A stretch of 64,000 bases of DNA. Origin: Patescibacteria group bacterium (lineage in GTDB: Bacteria; Patescibacteriota; Microgenomatia; Daviesbacterales; UBA10151). Made by a program: the position numbers and the translations under genes. Under the pieces are notes generated by a model. The model worked only from the letters and a program-made list of their open reading frames with translations. It searched no databases and was not told the DNA's origin. The stretch is taken from contig JBBTSA010000010.1 of assembly GCA_038064895.1 (NCBI GenBank), positions 118,616-182,615 of the forward strand, in the 5' to 3' direction. Positions 27,867 to 37,247 of the stretch are shown in pieces; the stretch's first letter is position 1; each line of letters starts with the position of its first letter.

Positions 27867-28869
27867 CTTTAACTTTTGTCCCTTTCTTTAATGAATTACT
27901 GGCAGTTTCTAAAATTTTAATAATCTCTGATCCAAATCTTCCATCACTCCTCAAAACTTTCCTGCTGGTAATAGAAACAACAAAACTTTTCGCCATCAAA
28001 CTTAATGGCTCAACAATATCTATTTTTGGCAGCCAGACATCACCAGTTCTATAGCCAATTTTAATTTGTTCAATACTTCTTGCCGGATGATCTAAAGTTA
28101 CACCTTTATCATAAACCCTTATCTTTTCTGCCGGGGCAGTGTCTTCATCATAGACAATCATTTTTTTTGTCCCAGTAATTAACATACGCCTTACTTTTAC
28201 CGGAGAAATCCAACTAACGTGAATGTGGGCAAAAATATCTTCGGGATAAGAGGCTGTAATGTATGCAACCTCTACCTGGTTGTTGAAATGTGACTTACCA
28301 ATTGTACTAACTTGTTTCGGTTGAGTTCCCAAAATATACTGAATGATGGAAAAATCATGAGCAGCCAAATCGAAAATAACATTTATATCTTTTTGAAAAA
28401 GACCAAGGTTTGTGCGGGTTGAGTCAATATATAAGATTTTTCCTATTTCACCCTTATCAATTAACTCCTTTATCTTAATTACTGCCGGATTGAACAAAAA
28501 AGTATGGTCTACCATAAGTATTCTTCCTCTTTTTTTGGCAAGTTGGACTAAAATTTTTGCCTGCTGTAATGTTTGGACCATAGGTTTTTCAACCAAAACA
28601 TCTTTCCCCCCGTTAAGAGCTGCTACTGCTAAATCAAAATGAGTGCTGGTGGGGGTTGCTAAAATGACTGCATCAATTGACTCATCATCAAGAATTTCAT
28701 TATAGTTTTGTGTAGTTAACATATGAGGGAACTTTCTTTTGATCTCTTGCAATTTTTCTAAATCTATATCACAGCAATAACGAATGTTGCAATTTGGGAT
28801 ATTAATAAAATTCCTAAGCAAATTTGGACCCCAATATCCAAAGCCTATAAGAGCCAAATTTTTTGTCAT
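27847..28869 (-). CDS. Gfo/Idh/MocA-family oxidoreductase, WbpB-like, paralog 2
   Basis: MTKNLALIGFGYWGPNLLRNF and LVEKPM. About 35% identical by eye to 17513..18520. Directly upstream of the WbpE-like aminotransferase. Confidence 0.7.
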   Translation of the reverse strand: MTKNLALIGFGYWGPNLLRNFINIPNCNIRYCCDIDLEKLQEIKRKFPHMLTTQNYNEILDDESIDAVILATPTSTHFDLAVAALNGGKDVLVEKPMVQTLQQAKILVQLAKKRGRILMVDHTFLFNPAVIKIKELIDKGEIGKILYIDSTRTNLGLFQKDINVIFDLAAHDFSIIQYILGTQPKQVSTIGKSHFNNQVEVAYITASYPEDIFAHIHVSWISPVKVRRMLITGTKKMIVYDEDTAPAEKIRVYDKGVTLDHPARSIEQIKIGYRTGDVWLPKIDIVEPLSLMAKSFVVSITSRKVLRSDGRFGSEIIKILETASNSLKKGTKVKDANSFS

Positions 28870-28902
28870 GCTGGAAGTTTAGCATATGTTATAATTTTTT
28901 TC

Positions 28903-29664
28903 ATGATAGAGGTCATAGCTCACAGGGGTAATTTTTTACCTGAAGGACCTATTCCAGAAGTTCAAAATAAATATATAGTTGCGGAAAATACCCTTGAAGC
29001 TTTTGAAAGAGCTTTTAACAATGGGTGGGGCGTAGAAACTGATGTAAGAATATGGGAAGATGGAAATTTTGTACTTATTCACGATGCTGATGCTGCCCGA
29101 ATTTCAAAGTATCATAAATTTAAAATTCCTACTCTGGATGAACTTTGTCAACTAGCCAAAGGTGCCTTCATAGCATTTCAGATAAAGCGTAGCTCTGATC
29201 CAAAAAGCGGAGTTGAAGTTGGTAGAGCTGTTGCAAAAATGATGCAGCAATATAATTTGCAAGAAAGCATTTTATTCGATGCTACCTTAGAAGAAGCTCA
29301 AATTTTAAGCCAAGAATTTCCCTGGCTTAATTTATCAATTTCAGTTGGTGAAAAAAATTATACTCCTACCATTTATACTCCGTATCAAGCATTGACAACC
29401 CAGTTTACTTCTGTATATACCTCTGTATGGACGGATGAATGGAAGATTCCCGGATCTATTTACAATGAGCTGCTATTTAAAAAGTTAAGAGCTGCATATC
29501 CAGGAAGAATTGACGTTATCTCTCCTGAACTGCACTACAATGAGGACCATCCGTTCTCGAAAGATTTAGAAAAGCTAAAAAAGCTTTGGAGGGAGATTGT
29601 CAGTTGGGATCTGGCTGATGGAATCTGTACTGATTATCCGACCCAGTTAAATACTATTTTGTAG
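28903..29664 (+). CDS. Glycerophosphodiester phosphodiesterase (GDPD/GlpQ/UgpQ family)
   Basis: VIAHRGNFLPEGPIPEVQNKYIVAENTLEAFERAFNNGWGVETDVRIWEDGNFVLIHDADA matches the HR(G)...EN(T/S)..AF...G....E.D......DG..V..HD signature. A TATAAT lies at 28890-28895. Confidence 0.75.
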   Translation: MIEVIAHRGNFLPEGPIPEVQNKYIVAENTLEAFERAFNNGWGVETDVRIWEDGNFVLIHDADAARISKYHKFKIPTLDELCQLAKGAFIAFQIKRSSDPKSGVEVGRAVAKMMQQYNLQESILFDATLEEAQILSQEFPWLNLSISVGEKNYTPTIYTPYQALTTQFTSVYTSVWTDEWKIPGSIYNELLFKKLRAAYPGRIDVISPELHYNEDHPFSKDLEKLKKLWREIVSWDLADGICTDYPTQLNTIL

Positions 29665-30427
29665 CAATGATTTCAAAGTGACGTCTACCCGGTGGGATTG
29701 CTATCATCAAAAAATCAATAACTAATCCTAAAAATTTTAGAAAGATATTATGAATCCCAGGATAATTAAAAAAAGAATAATCGTGACGATAAATCACATC
29801 CTTTATTCTAAAGCCTGTTTTTTCTAAAAATTTTCTGACTTCATCTACTGAATATTCTCTGATGTGACCCATGTAGCCGTAAATATTTAACTTATTAAAT
29901 TCATCATATGCATCATTAAAACTTTTTCCTAAATTAAACATAATGATTTTATGAATTGCATAAAGATTCGGAGTTGTCAAAAGCAGTACACCTTTGGGCT
30001 TTAAAATTCGATGAATTTCTTTTAAGGTAAAAATTGGATTTATTCTTAAATGCTCAAGAACCTCATTAACAATAATGAGATTAAAGGAATTTGTTTTAAA
30101 GGGGAATTCTTCCGTTTCTATATTTGCTTTTTTTATATTCAAATTGCACCTATTAATAAAAGCTTTGAAAGGATCAGGGTTAATATCAACTCCTGTAACA
30201 TCAAAACCCGATTCCTTAAGACAATAAGTTAGATGAAAGGGATTTGCACCAACGTCCAGAATTTTTCCTGCTTTAAAGTATTTATCAATAATTTCCAGAT
30301 CTTTTTTATAACGATTCTTATGATCACTGAATGAATCATATAAAAAGTGTCTTAAGGATGGATTTTCTTTGGTAAAACTCTCTAATTCTTTTTCTAGTTT
30401 AAGAAGAATAACGTCATAACTGCTCAT
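29654..30427 (-). CDS. Class I SAM-dependent methyltransferase
   Basis: ILDVGANPFHLTYCLKESGFDVTGVDINP (motif I) and FNLIIVNEVLEHL (motif II region). Confidence 0.7.
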   Translation of the reverse strand: MSSYDVILLKLEKELESFTKENPSLRHFLYDSFSDHKNRYKKDLEIIDKYFKAGKILDVGANPFHLTYCLKESGFDVTGVDINPDPFKAFINRCNLNIKKANIETEEFPFKTNSFNLIIVNEVLEHLRINPIFTLKEIHRILKPKGVLLLTTPNLYAIHKIIMFNLGKSFNDAYDEFNKLNIYGYMGHIREYSVDEVRKFLEKTGFRIKDVIYRHDYSFFNYPGIHNIFLKFLGLVIDFLMIAIPPGRRHFEIIATK

Positions 30428-31350
30428 TTTCTTGCCTTTATAAAAATTGATACTCCGTTTTTGCCAGGTAATAAATCGTTTAACTTATCATAAGTATTAA
30501 TTAACCAAAAAATCATTCTTACTGGAACTAACCCTTTTTCTTTTTCAAATTTATTTAAACCTTTGGAAATTGCTTTGGGAAGAACTCCTTGGTAAAAAAG
30601 TCTGGCAACATAATTAACCAAGTAATGATTAAACGGTAAACACCATCTGGTTAAAAACTCCGATACCTCAATTTTAAATTTTGTTTTTTTTATTAAAGCA
30701 TTTAAGGGATTGATTTTATAAAGTCTTAAGTGTTGATTCCAAATACCTGCCCAAAAACCGGATTTAATATGAGTATTAAAAAAATGCTGTAAACAGAAGT
30801 TGACCGGATCCCATAAAAAAGGATAATCTTTGTTGCAAGTTGTTAAAACCATTACCCCACCAGGCTTTAAAACCCTATAAATTTCTGATAACACCTTCTG
30901 TTCATCTTCAACATGCTCAATTACTTCACTAAGTATCACCTTATCAAAGCTTCTTGACTCTAAAGGCAATTTATTTGCATTAGCCGAAATTAGCTTCACC
31001 TTATTATCTCTGATAAGTTTTCTGGCATCCTTTAATGCCCTACCGTCATTATCTATACCTACCAATATCAGTTCAAATCCTAACTTGTTAAGTAAATTAA
31101 GATAATATCCATTGCCACAACCAACGTCCAAAATTTTCTCCATATTTTTTAACTGAAGCTCCTCCACAATTCTTTTTGCCCTTCTTTTTAGGGCCATATC
31201 TCCCACTGTTGAAAGCAGCTCATTCAAATTATTAATTGTATACATTGATGATTGTTTCCACATTTTTCTCAGAATATCTCCTCTCTGCAAAATTACGGCA
31301 CTTTTTAGCAAGTTGCGCCAGCCTATCTCTGTGGGTGTAAAAATACTCAA
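30424..31350 (-). CDS. Class I SAM-dependent methyltransferase
   Basis: ILDVGCGNGYYLNLLNKLGFELILVGIDND and FDKVILSEVIEHVEDE. The tabulated start overlaps the upstream GT4 by 119 nt; a downstream ATG (MYTINN, about 31245) is more likely. Confidence 0.7.
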   Translation of the reverse strand: MSIFTPTEIGWRNLLKSAVILQRGDILRKMWKQSSMYTINNLNELLSTVGDMALKRRAKRIVEELQLKNMEKILDVGCGNGYYLNLLNKLGFELILVGIDNDGRALKDARKLIRDNKVKLISANANKLPLESRSFDKVILSEVIEHVEDEQKVLSEIYRVLKPGGVMVLTTCNKDYPFLWDPVNFCLQHFFNTHIKSGFWAGIWNQHLRLYKINPLNALIKKTKFKIEVSEFLTRWCLPFNHYLVNYVARLFYQGVLPKAISKGLNKFEKEKGLVPVRMIFWLINTYDKLNDLLPGKNGVSIFIKARK

Positions 31351-32335
31351 CTGTTCTCTTAATATTCTCGGGACTTACATCAATTAGTTTTCCTACACTA
31401 TCATTAATAGCTTCGGAAATGGCGCCTCGGTTTGCTCCTATAACAGGAGTCCCGCATGCTAATGATTCCAGTATCACCCTGCCAAAACCTTCCTCACTCG
31501 TTGAAGGGACGATTAGCACATCGGCCCCACTATAATATATAGGCAGATTATCCTGATTTACAACTCCTTTATACTCAATATTTTCAGTAGAGCCTTTTAT
31601 TTTATTCTCTAGTGGACCGAATCCAATAATTACCAGTTTTACATCCACCCAATTTTTAGCTGATTCTAAAAGTTCTTCTAAACCTTTTTCCGCAATCAAC
31701 CGTCCAACAAATAAAACAACAAAATCACCCTCCCAACCTAATTTTGCTTTTGCATTTTCCACTCTTTTAAATTTTTCCAAATCTATCCAGTAGGTAAACT
31801 TCTTAACCTTTAATTTGTTTATACCCAGGGATAATATTTCATAAACTTCCTGCCGAGATAATCCTAAGCAGTAATTAGCATTCTTAAATATCCAGCTCGC
31901 AAAGCTTTTATATATTCCTTTTTTTGGAAAGTTATAAATGCTGTGAGTGGAAATTATAACTTTCTTACCAAATAATTTTCCCCAAAACATACCGACAAAT
32001 CCTGCAACCAGGCCGTGAGCATGAATAACGTCAGGATTTTTAAGAAGCAAAACTGCCGGAGTTGTAATAAATAATCCAGGAAAAAGGTATAAAAATTCAA
32101 GGAAGGGATAGGAAATAAGCGTATAAAATAAATTCGGTACCCAGGGAATCCTTATTATAGAAACTCCTTCGCTACTTTCATAAAACTTCCATCCAGCTTT
32201 AGTTGTAAGCGGCCTATAAGTTAGAACTGTCACAAGCCATTTTCTCTTAACAAGTGCATTTACTAAATCATCAAGATGGGTTTCTACTCCGCCAATATTG
32301 GGTCTAAAATGAACAGAGAGTTGCAGTATTTTCAA
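31232..32335 (-). CDS. Glycosyltransferase family 4 (GT-B fold)
   Basis: PSTSEEGFGRVILESLACGTPVIGANRGAISEAI (E-X7-E motif). 367 aa. Confidence 0.75.
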   Translation of the reverse strand: MKILQLSVHFRPNIGGVETHLDDLVNALVKRKWLVTVLTYRPLTTKAGWKFYESSEGVSIIRIPWVPNLFYTLISYPFLEFLYLFPGLFITTPAVLLLKNPDVIHAHGLVAGFVGMFWGKLFGKKVIISTHSIYNFPKKGIYKSFASWIFKNANYCLGLSRQEVYEILSLGINKLKVKKFTYWIDLEKFKRVENAKAKLGWEGDFVVLFVGRLIAEKGLEELLESAKNWVDVKLVIIGFGPLENKIKGSTENIEYKGVVNQDNLPIYYSGADVLIVPSTSEEGFGRVILESLACGTPVIGANRGAISEAINDSVGKLIDVSPENIKRTVEYFYTHRDRLAQLAKKCRNFAERRYSEKNVETIINVYN

Positions 32336-33159
32336 AGGTTTTTAATCCTCCCTACTAGATAACCCAATCCCCCGCCAAGAATTTGAAAAAAAAGCATTAT
32401 AAACATTCCCAAGGAAAGAATTGGATGAGAAATAATTCGATCAAAATTTTTATAGAAAATTGGTCTTAGGAAGTAGATAGTTTTAGGACTAAATATTGAT
32501 ATATGATGTTTTTTTAAATATCTATGTGCTCTTAAAGCATAAAAATATTTCTTTTTTGCCAAATCAAAAGGAGAATTAATTCTTTCATGGTGATAAATAA
32601 CCGCTGATATTCTTCCAAATGCATAACCCAATTTTTTGATAGTTTCCGGCAGATCCCAGTCCTCTGGACCAGTTATGGTTTCATCATATCCGCCGGCTTT
32701 TTTAAAAATAGACTTTCTAAAAAATCTGGCAGCATCTGTTATCTCATCACCTTTTTCATTATAGAAAGAGCGCTCAAAAGCTTTTACTTCTTCCCAAAAT
32801 GTTTTAGCAACAGATTTTTCAGGAATTATTACTCCTGCAAATCTTGTACTTGAATTTATAGAACTAATACATTCCTCTATTACTTTATCGCTCAACTCCA
32901 TATCAGCATCTAAAAAAAGAAGGTGAATTCCTTGTGCTTTTTTTACTCCAAAGTTTCTTTGTGCAGATCTTTCAGGTCCGAAATTATATACTTTATTTGT
33001 AAATTTTTTAGCTATCTTCGTTGTTGAATCAGTTGAATCATTATCTATTAAGATTATTTCAATATTTTTGTAGGATTGACTCCTTAAAGAAACTAGCAAT
33101 CTTTCAATTACCTTTGCTTCGTTTTTTGTTGTTATAATAACAGACACTAAGGGTAACAT
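32332..33159 (-). CDS. Glycosyltransferase family 2
   Basis: VSVIITTKNEAKVIERLLVSLRSQSYKNIEIILIDNDSTDST and FLDADMEL (DXD). Divergent from, and 1 nt away from, family-A membrane protein 33161..35473. Confidence 0.75.
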   Translation of the reverse strand: MLPLVSVIITTKNEAKVIERLLVSLRSQSYKNIEIILIDNDSTDSTTKIAKKFTNKVYNFGPERSAQRNFGVKKAQGIHLLFLDADMELSDKVIEECISSINSSTRFAGVIIPEKSVAKTFWEEVKAFERSFYNEKGDEITDAARFFRKSIFKKAGGYDETITGPEDWDLPETIKKLGYAFGRISAVIYHHERINSPFDLAKKKYFYALRAHRYLKKHHISIFSPKTIYFLRPIFYKNFDRIISHPILSLGMFIMLFFQILGGGLGYLVGRIKNL

Positions 33160-33160
33160 A

Positions 33161-35473
33161 ATGAATTATTATAACATTGCGTTTAGTTATTTCAGTATTC
33201 TAACTCTTATCTTCATTTTGTTTTTTACGGGCTTTTTAATTTTTAAAAGAGCGACAACAGAAAGAAGGCTGCAACTTTTATTGCCTGCAGGGTCTATTTT
33301 TGGAATCTGCCTTTATATCTTTTTACTAAATATCACTGCTCACTTAATAAAAGGTATACCGGGATTTTTGGTTGCTCTTTCTATACAGATTATTTTAACC
33401 TTTATAGTTATTAGATTTATTCCATCTTCACCTTTAACTATACCCAGAGGTAAAGAAGCAACAGTTTGGATTCTGACGATATTTTTTTGGATAGTTTTTT
33501 TATATCAAATAACGGCCCATGCTACAACTAATGGCGCAGACTCAGTTTTACATCAATCATTTGCTTCCAGATTTATTAGGGGAGATTACCCTATGCATAC
33601 GCCCTGGCAACCGGATTATACTGCTTATTACCACTATGGGGGGGCGCAGCTACTAGGTTCCTTTCATGCACTAACGGGTGCACCTTACTATTTCATACAT
33701 CCATTTATTGCTTTTTGGATGCTTCTTTCTGTAACTCAAATCTTTACCTGGATCATCTTTCAAAAAAAAATAACCCTTCGGTCGGCTCTGGTGGGATCTT
33801 TACCAGCTTTTATTGGGCTTATCAGTCTGGGTGGTTTTTTTATAGTCTGGCCTGTTAAGTTTCAACTACCTTCTTGGGGAGAGCTTCCTACTTTCTACAA
33901 TGCTCTTGAAGTCTATGGCGCTCCCTTCAATCTGGATGCATTGGTATTTTTTTTGCACCGTTTTTTGGCAACTTCTTTTTTCATTTCCCTGCTTGTTTTA
34001 CTACTTTATCCTAAGAAGAACTTATTATCTTTTTTTGCATTGACAGTTTATTTAGCAGCTATAGCTTTCACAGATGAGTCGGTTCTAGTTGTAACAATTT
34101 TGCCAATATTAATTATCAGTTTTATAAATATTTTTAATCGCTCAATCAAAGCTTTTGCAATTACAATCACTATAATTTCTTTAATTATTCTTTATCAAGG
34201 AGGACTTATAACTGAAACCTACTTTAATAGGTATGGAGATAGTTCTAATATTTTAATATTTCCAGGAAATGGAGAAGCGCTAACTGAAAAATATCTTGAT
34301 TATCGTTTAGCTCAACAGCAAAGCAAATTTTATCACCTTGATGAAAAACTTAAAACCTTCAACTGGTTTCATCCTGGGATAATTTGGCAACTAATTTTTT
34401 GTTTAATATTAGTTCTGATCTTATCTAAAAAAGATTCGGATCCTCACTTAAAAAAATTATCATGGATCTTAGTTTTGTCCGGAATGATTTCTCTTGTTAC
34501 TTTCCATGGTTTAGTACCAAAGGGCTATACTCACCCAAACGGAAATAGATTCTTGGCATTATCTTATTACCTATCAGGTATTTGCTTGGCGTATCTTTGC
34601 TATTTTTGGTTTAGTCAAAAGATTAACTTACCAAAAATAATTAAAGCTTCTTTAAATATTTTAATTGTTTGGATTTTACTCGTATCCTTAATCCCCCCTC
34701 TTATTCAGCTGTTTCCCAGAAAAAAGGATAACTGGTTTATTATCAGACGCGAAGTTGTAAATCCAATCATTAAGTGGGTTGAAAAAAATATCCCCACAGA
34801 CAAAAGAATAGTTGCCTTAACAAGTACAGAGTTTTCTAATTCTATGAATATTGAATTAGTAGTAAAGGCTGGAATGTTAACACCGATGTGGCCACCAAAG
34901 CCTCGCGTGCATGACAGTTTTGATATTAGCCCCACATATGCTGATTTACACTACACCTTAAACTCGCAGGCTTTAAAGGCACTAAAGATTGACTATATAT
35001 TGATTAGTAATTCTTATCTGTCACAGTTACCCAAAGAGCGTCAGCAGGATTTACAGGATACAGACTTTTTTACTCCAATCTTTACATCAGATGATAGAAG
35101 TGTAATAATTTTGGAAATAAAACCTAAATTCTTATCAGAAGGAGAAAATTTTAAAGGCACATTTGCAGAACTTGACCAAATAGCTCCACAAGATGGATCT
35201 TACTGTATAGATTATCCTCCAAATATTTCTGCCCATACTTACAGAATTCTAAGATTATTGCTTTACAATAGAAGACATTACTGCAGTAAGGGTGGTGCAT
35301 TCTACAATGCTAGGATAGATGTCACTTTAGATTTTCCCAGAGATCATCCAGATCGATATGAATTTTTGGTTTTGGGAAAAGATGTAGATCCAAAAATAAT
35401 TTGTAATTGCCAAGCCAAACTGCTTTGGGAAGGGTTAGGTAATGGTGTTAAACTTTGGCAGACTCGGTATTAA
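33161..35473 (+). CDS. Polytopic membrane protein, family A (770 aa); putative GT-C-like glycosyltransferase
   Basis: KRATTERRLQLLLPAGSIFGICLYIFLLNITAHLIKG, HTPWQPDY, DESVLVVT, and C-terminus YEFLVLGKDVDPKIICNCQAKLLWEGLGNG. Collinear with 2641..4938 and 55382..57733. Confidence 0.5.
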   Translation: MNYYNIAFSYFSILTLIFILFFTGFLIFKRATTERRLQLLLPAGSIFGICLYIFLLNITAHLIKGIPGFLVALSIQIILTFIVIRFIPSSPLTIPRGKEATVWILTIFFWIVFLYQITAHATTNGADSVLHQSFASRFIRGDYPMHTPWQPDYTAYYHYGGAQLLGSFHALTGAPYYFIHPFIAFWMLLSVTQIFTWIIFQKKITLRSALVGSLPAFIGLISLGGFFIVWPVKFQLPSWGELPTFYNALEVYGAPFNLDALVFFLHRFLATSFFISLLVLLLYPKKNLLSFFALTVYLAAIAFTDESVLVVTILPILIISFINIFNRSIKAFAITITIISLIILYQGGLITETYFNRYGDSSNILIFPGNGEALTEKYLDYRLAQQQSKFYHLDEKLKTFNWFHPGIIWQLIFCLILVLILSKKDSDPHLKKLSWILVLSGMISLVTFHGLVPKGYTHPNGNRFLALSYYLSGICLAYLCYFWFSQKINLPKIIKASLNILIVWILLVSLIPPLIQLFPRKKDNWFIIRREVVNPIIKWVEKNIPTDKRIVALTSTEFSNSMNIELVVKAGMLTPMWPPKPRVHDSFDISPTYADLHYTLNSQALKALKIDYILISNSYLSQLPKERQQDLQDTDFFTPIFTSDDRSVIILEIKPKFLSEGENFKGTFAELDQIAPQDGSYCIDYPPNISAHTYRILRLLLYNRRHYCSKGGAFYNARIDVTLDFPRDHPDRYEFLVLGKDVDPKIICNCQAKLLWEGLGNGVKLWQTRY

Positions 35474-35477
35474 TTAT

Positions 35478-37247
35478 ATGCTCACTACAAAAAAATCTTT
35501 TTTGTTACAATTTGCGTCAGTAGTTATTTTAAGTTTACTAGTTTTTTATCCAAGTTTTAATTTAGCACTTTTTGGTGACGATTGGTTGGCTTTTTGGAGA
35601 TATGCACAATTCCTTGGCCCAAAATCTCAAGGAGTATGGAACCACCTCACTTATTATCTTACTCCATATGGTCCTCAAGATATTATAATGGGAATTTTAC
35701 AAAAGGTTTATCACTTTCAATCAACTGCATATTACCTAATTTCTTATCTATTAAGACTTACTGCTGCATTTTCTTTTTATCCCTTAGTTCTTTATCTGAC
35801 TAAAAACAAGTTATCCGGTATTTTCGCAGTACTTTTCTTCTCTGTTACTACCATAGGTTTAGACACTACAAACTGGGTATTTAATATGCCCTCTTATATA
35901 ACCATAGCCTTATTAAACTTATTTTTATATTTTTTTCTTAAGGCAAGGGAAAACAGAAAAATTCTATTGCTTATTTTGTCGGGAGTACTCTATTGGGCTG
36001 CCTATGTGACAACTCCTATCAGAATGCACGGATCTTTGTTTTTCATTTTTTTTCTGGAAGTTTTTTGGATTCTTCAAAAAAGAAATCTAAGTATTGTGAA
36101 AATGGTTGCACTAAGACTTTCAATTATTTTAGTTGTCTTTCTTATAATCAGATTTGCCGGACACTCTCAAGGCCCACCACAAGAACCTATGGAAAGATTC
36201 ATAATCGGGCTTACTGCTGACTTACAAATGCTTTCTCAAGGCAGATTCGATTTTATCTTTTTCCCAATTGTGATGTTTGGCAGCATGCTGATTCCGGATA
36301 TTATCGGACCAAATGGACAAATTAACAGCCTAAAGCAAATACTTCCTATGCTACTCGTTACATTGCTCATTTTCTCACTTTTTGTCTTTTTTATTATGAA
36401 GAATATAGACAAGTTCAGATCCAAATTATTCGGCTACATTTTTTTTTCTTTAGGGTTGTGGAGCGGACTGGTTGCCTTGATTTATAAAGGGAATCTAAAT
36501 TCCTTCAACAGTACAAATCAAATCTTTTCACTCCTTGTTGGAGGGTATACCCTAATTCTGGTAAGTTTTTTGATCATAAAATTCTTCAAGGAAAAATATA
36601 TATCTCAAGCTCTCTTTCTTGGGGCTTCATGGTCTATTCTATCATTTTTTTTTGCATGGTGGTGGCAACCAACATCAATATTTCCCACAACCTACAGGTA
36701 TCTTATCGTATCCGCAGTCGGAGTAGCAATACTTATTGCAACCATAATTAGTTTAGGTAAAGGTAGAAAACAGCAAATATTCTTAATGACTTTTTTTTGT
36801 CTGATTCTTATTCTTCATATTATCTCAACCCGTATTTACATAAATTATTCTCTTCATAGTCACAGCCAAGAAGTAAGTAATAAAATTTGGGCCTCTATTC
36901 CCCGTATTAATGAAATTGGTAAAAGCAGAGAGCCAATAATCTTCTATTTTGAGGGAGACAATACAAACGCAGGAATCCTTCATGATGTTATAACTTTTGG
37001 TTTTCCTCCTCATATGGCCCTTCTTTATAGATTGAGGGAGGAAGATGGCGGTTTCCCTGTTCCTATGAGCAATTTCAAAGAAGTAGTATTAGCAGTTGTG
37101 GACGGTAAACCAATGCCGGCTTATGGATATCCAGTAAAGCCAGTTCCTATTGAAAGAATCTATGCTTTTCATTTGCAAAATCAAAGTACACTCTTCAATA
37201 TTACAAATACTGTCAGAGAAAAATTAGAAGAGTTAAAAGGATTCTAG
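35478..37247 (+). CDS. Polytopic membrane protein, family B (putative GT-C-like glycosyltransferase)
   Basis: YPSFNLALFGDDW first-loop motif; paralog of 21364..23052. The tabulated start 35442 overlaps the upstream gene; the ATG giving MLTTKKSFLL at about 35478 lies just after the upstream stop. Confidence 0.5.
   Translation: MLTTKKSFLLQFASVVILSLLVFYPSFNLALFGDDWLAFWRYAQFLGPKSQGVWNHLTYYLTPYGPQDIIMGILQKVYHFQSTAYYLISYLLRLTAAFSFYPLVLYLTKNKLSGIFAVLFFSVTTIGLDTTNWVFNMPSYITIALLNLFLYFFLKARENRKILLLILSGVLYWAAYVTTPIRMHGSLFFIFFLEVFWILQKRNLSIVKMVALRLSIILVVFLIIRFAGHSQGPPQEPMERFIIGLTADLQMLSQGRFDFIFFPIVMFGSMLIPDIIGPNGQINSLKQILPMLLVTLLIFSLFVFFIMKNIDKFRSKLFGYIFFSLGLWSGLVALIYKGNLNSFNSTNQIFSLLVGGYTLILVSFLIIKFFKEKYISQALFLGASWSILSFFFAWWWQPTSIFPTTYRYLIVSAVGVAILIATIISLGKGRKQQIFLMTFFCLILILHIISTRIYINYSLHSHSQEVSNKIWASIPRINEIGKSREPIIFYFEGDNTNAGILHDVITFGFPPHMALLYRLREEDGGFPVPMSNFKEVVLAVVDGKPMPAYGYPVKPVPIERIYAFHLQNQSTLFNITNTVREKLEELKGF

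Noticed and set aside
28870-28902. A -35/-10 promoter pair in the 33 nt divergent spacer
   Set aside because: TATAAT is present (28890-28895), but the only -35-like hexamer (TTAGCA) is 5 nt away, which is the wrong spacing. This may be a leaderless or extended -10 promoter, but it is not supportable as a canonical sigma70 promoter.
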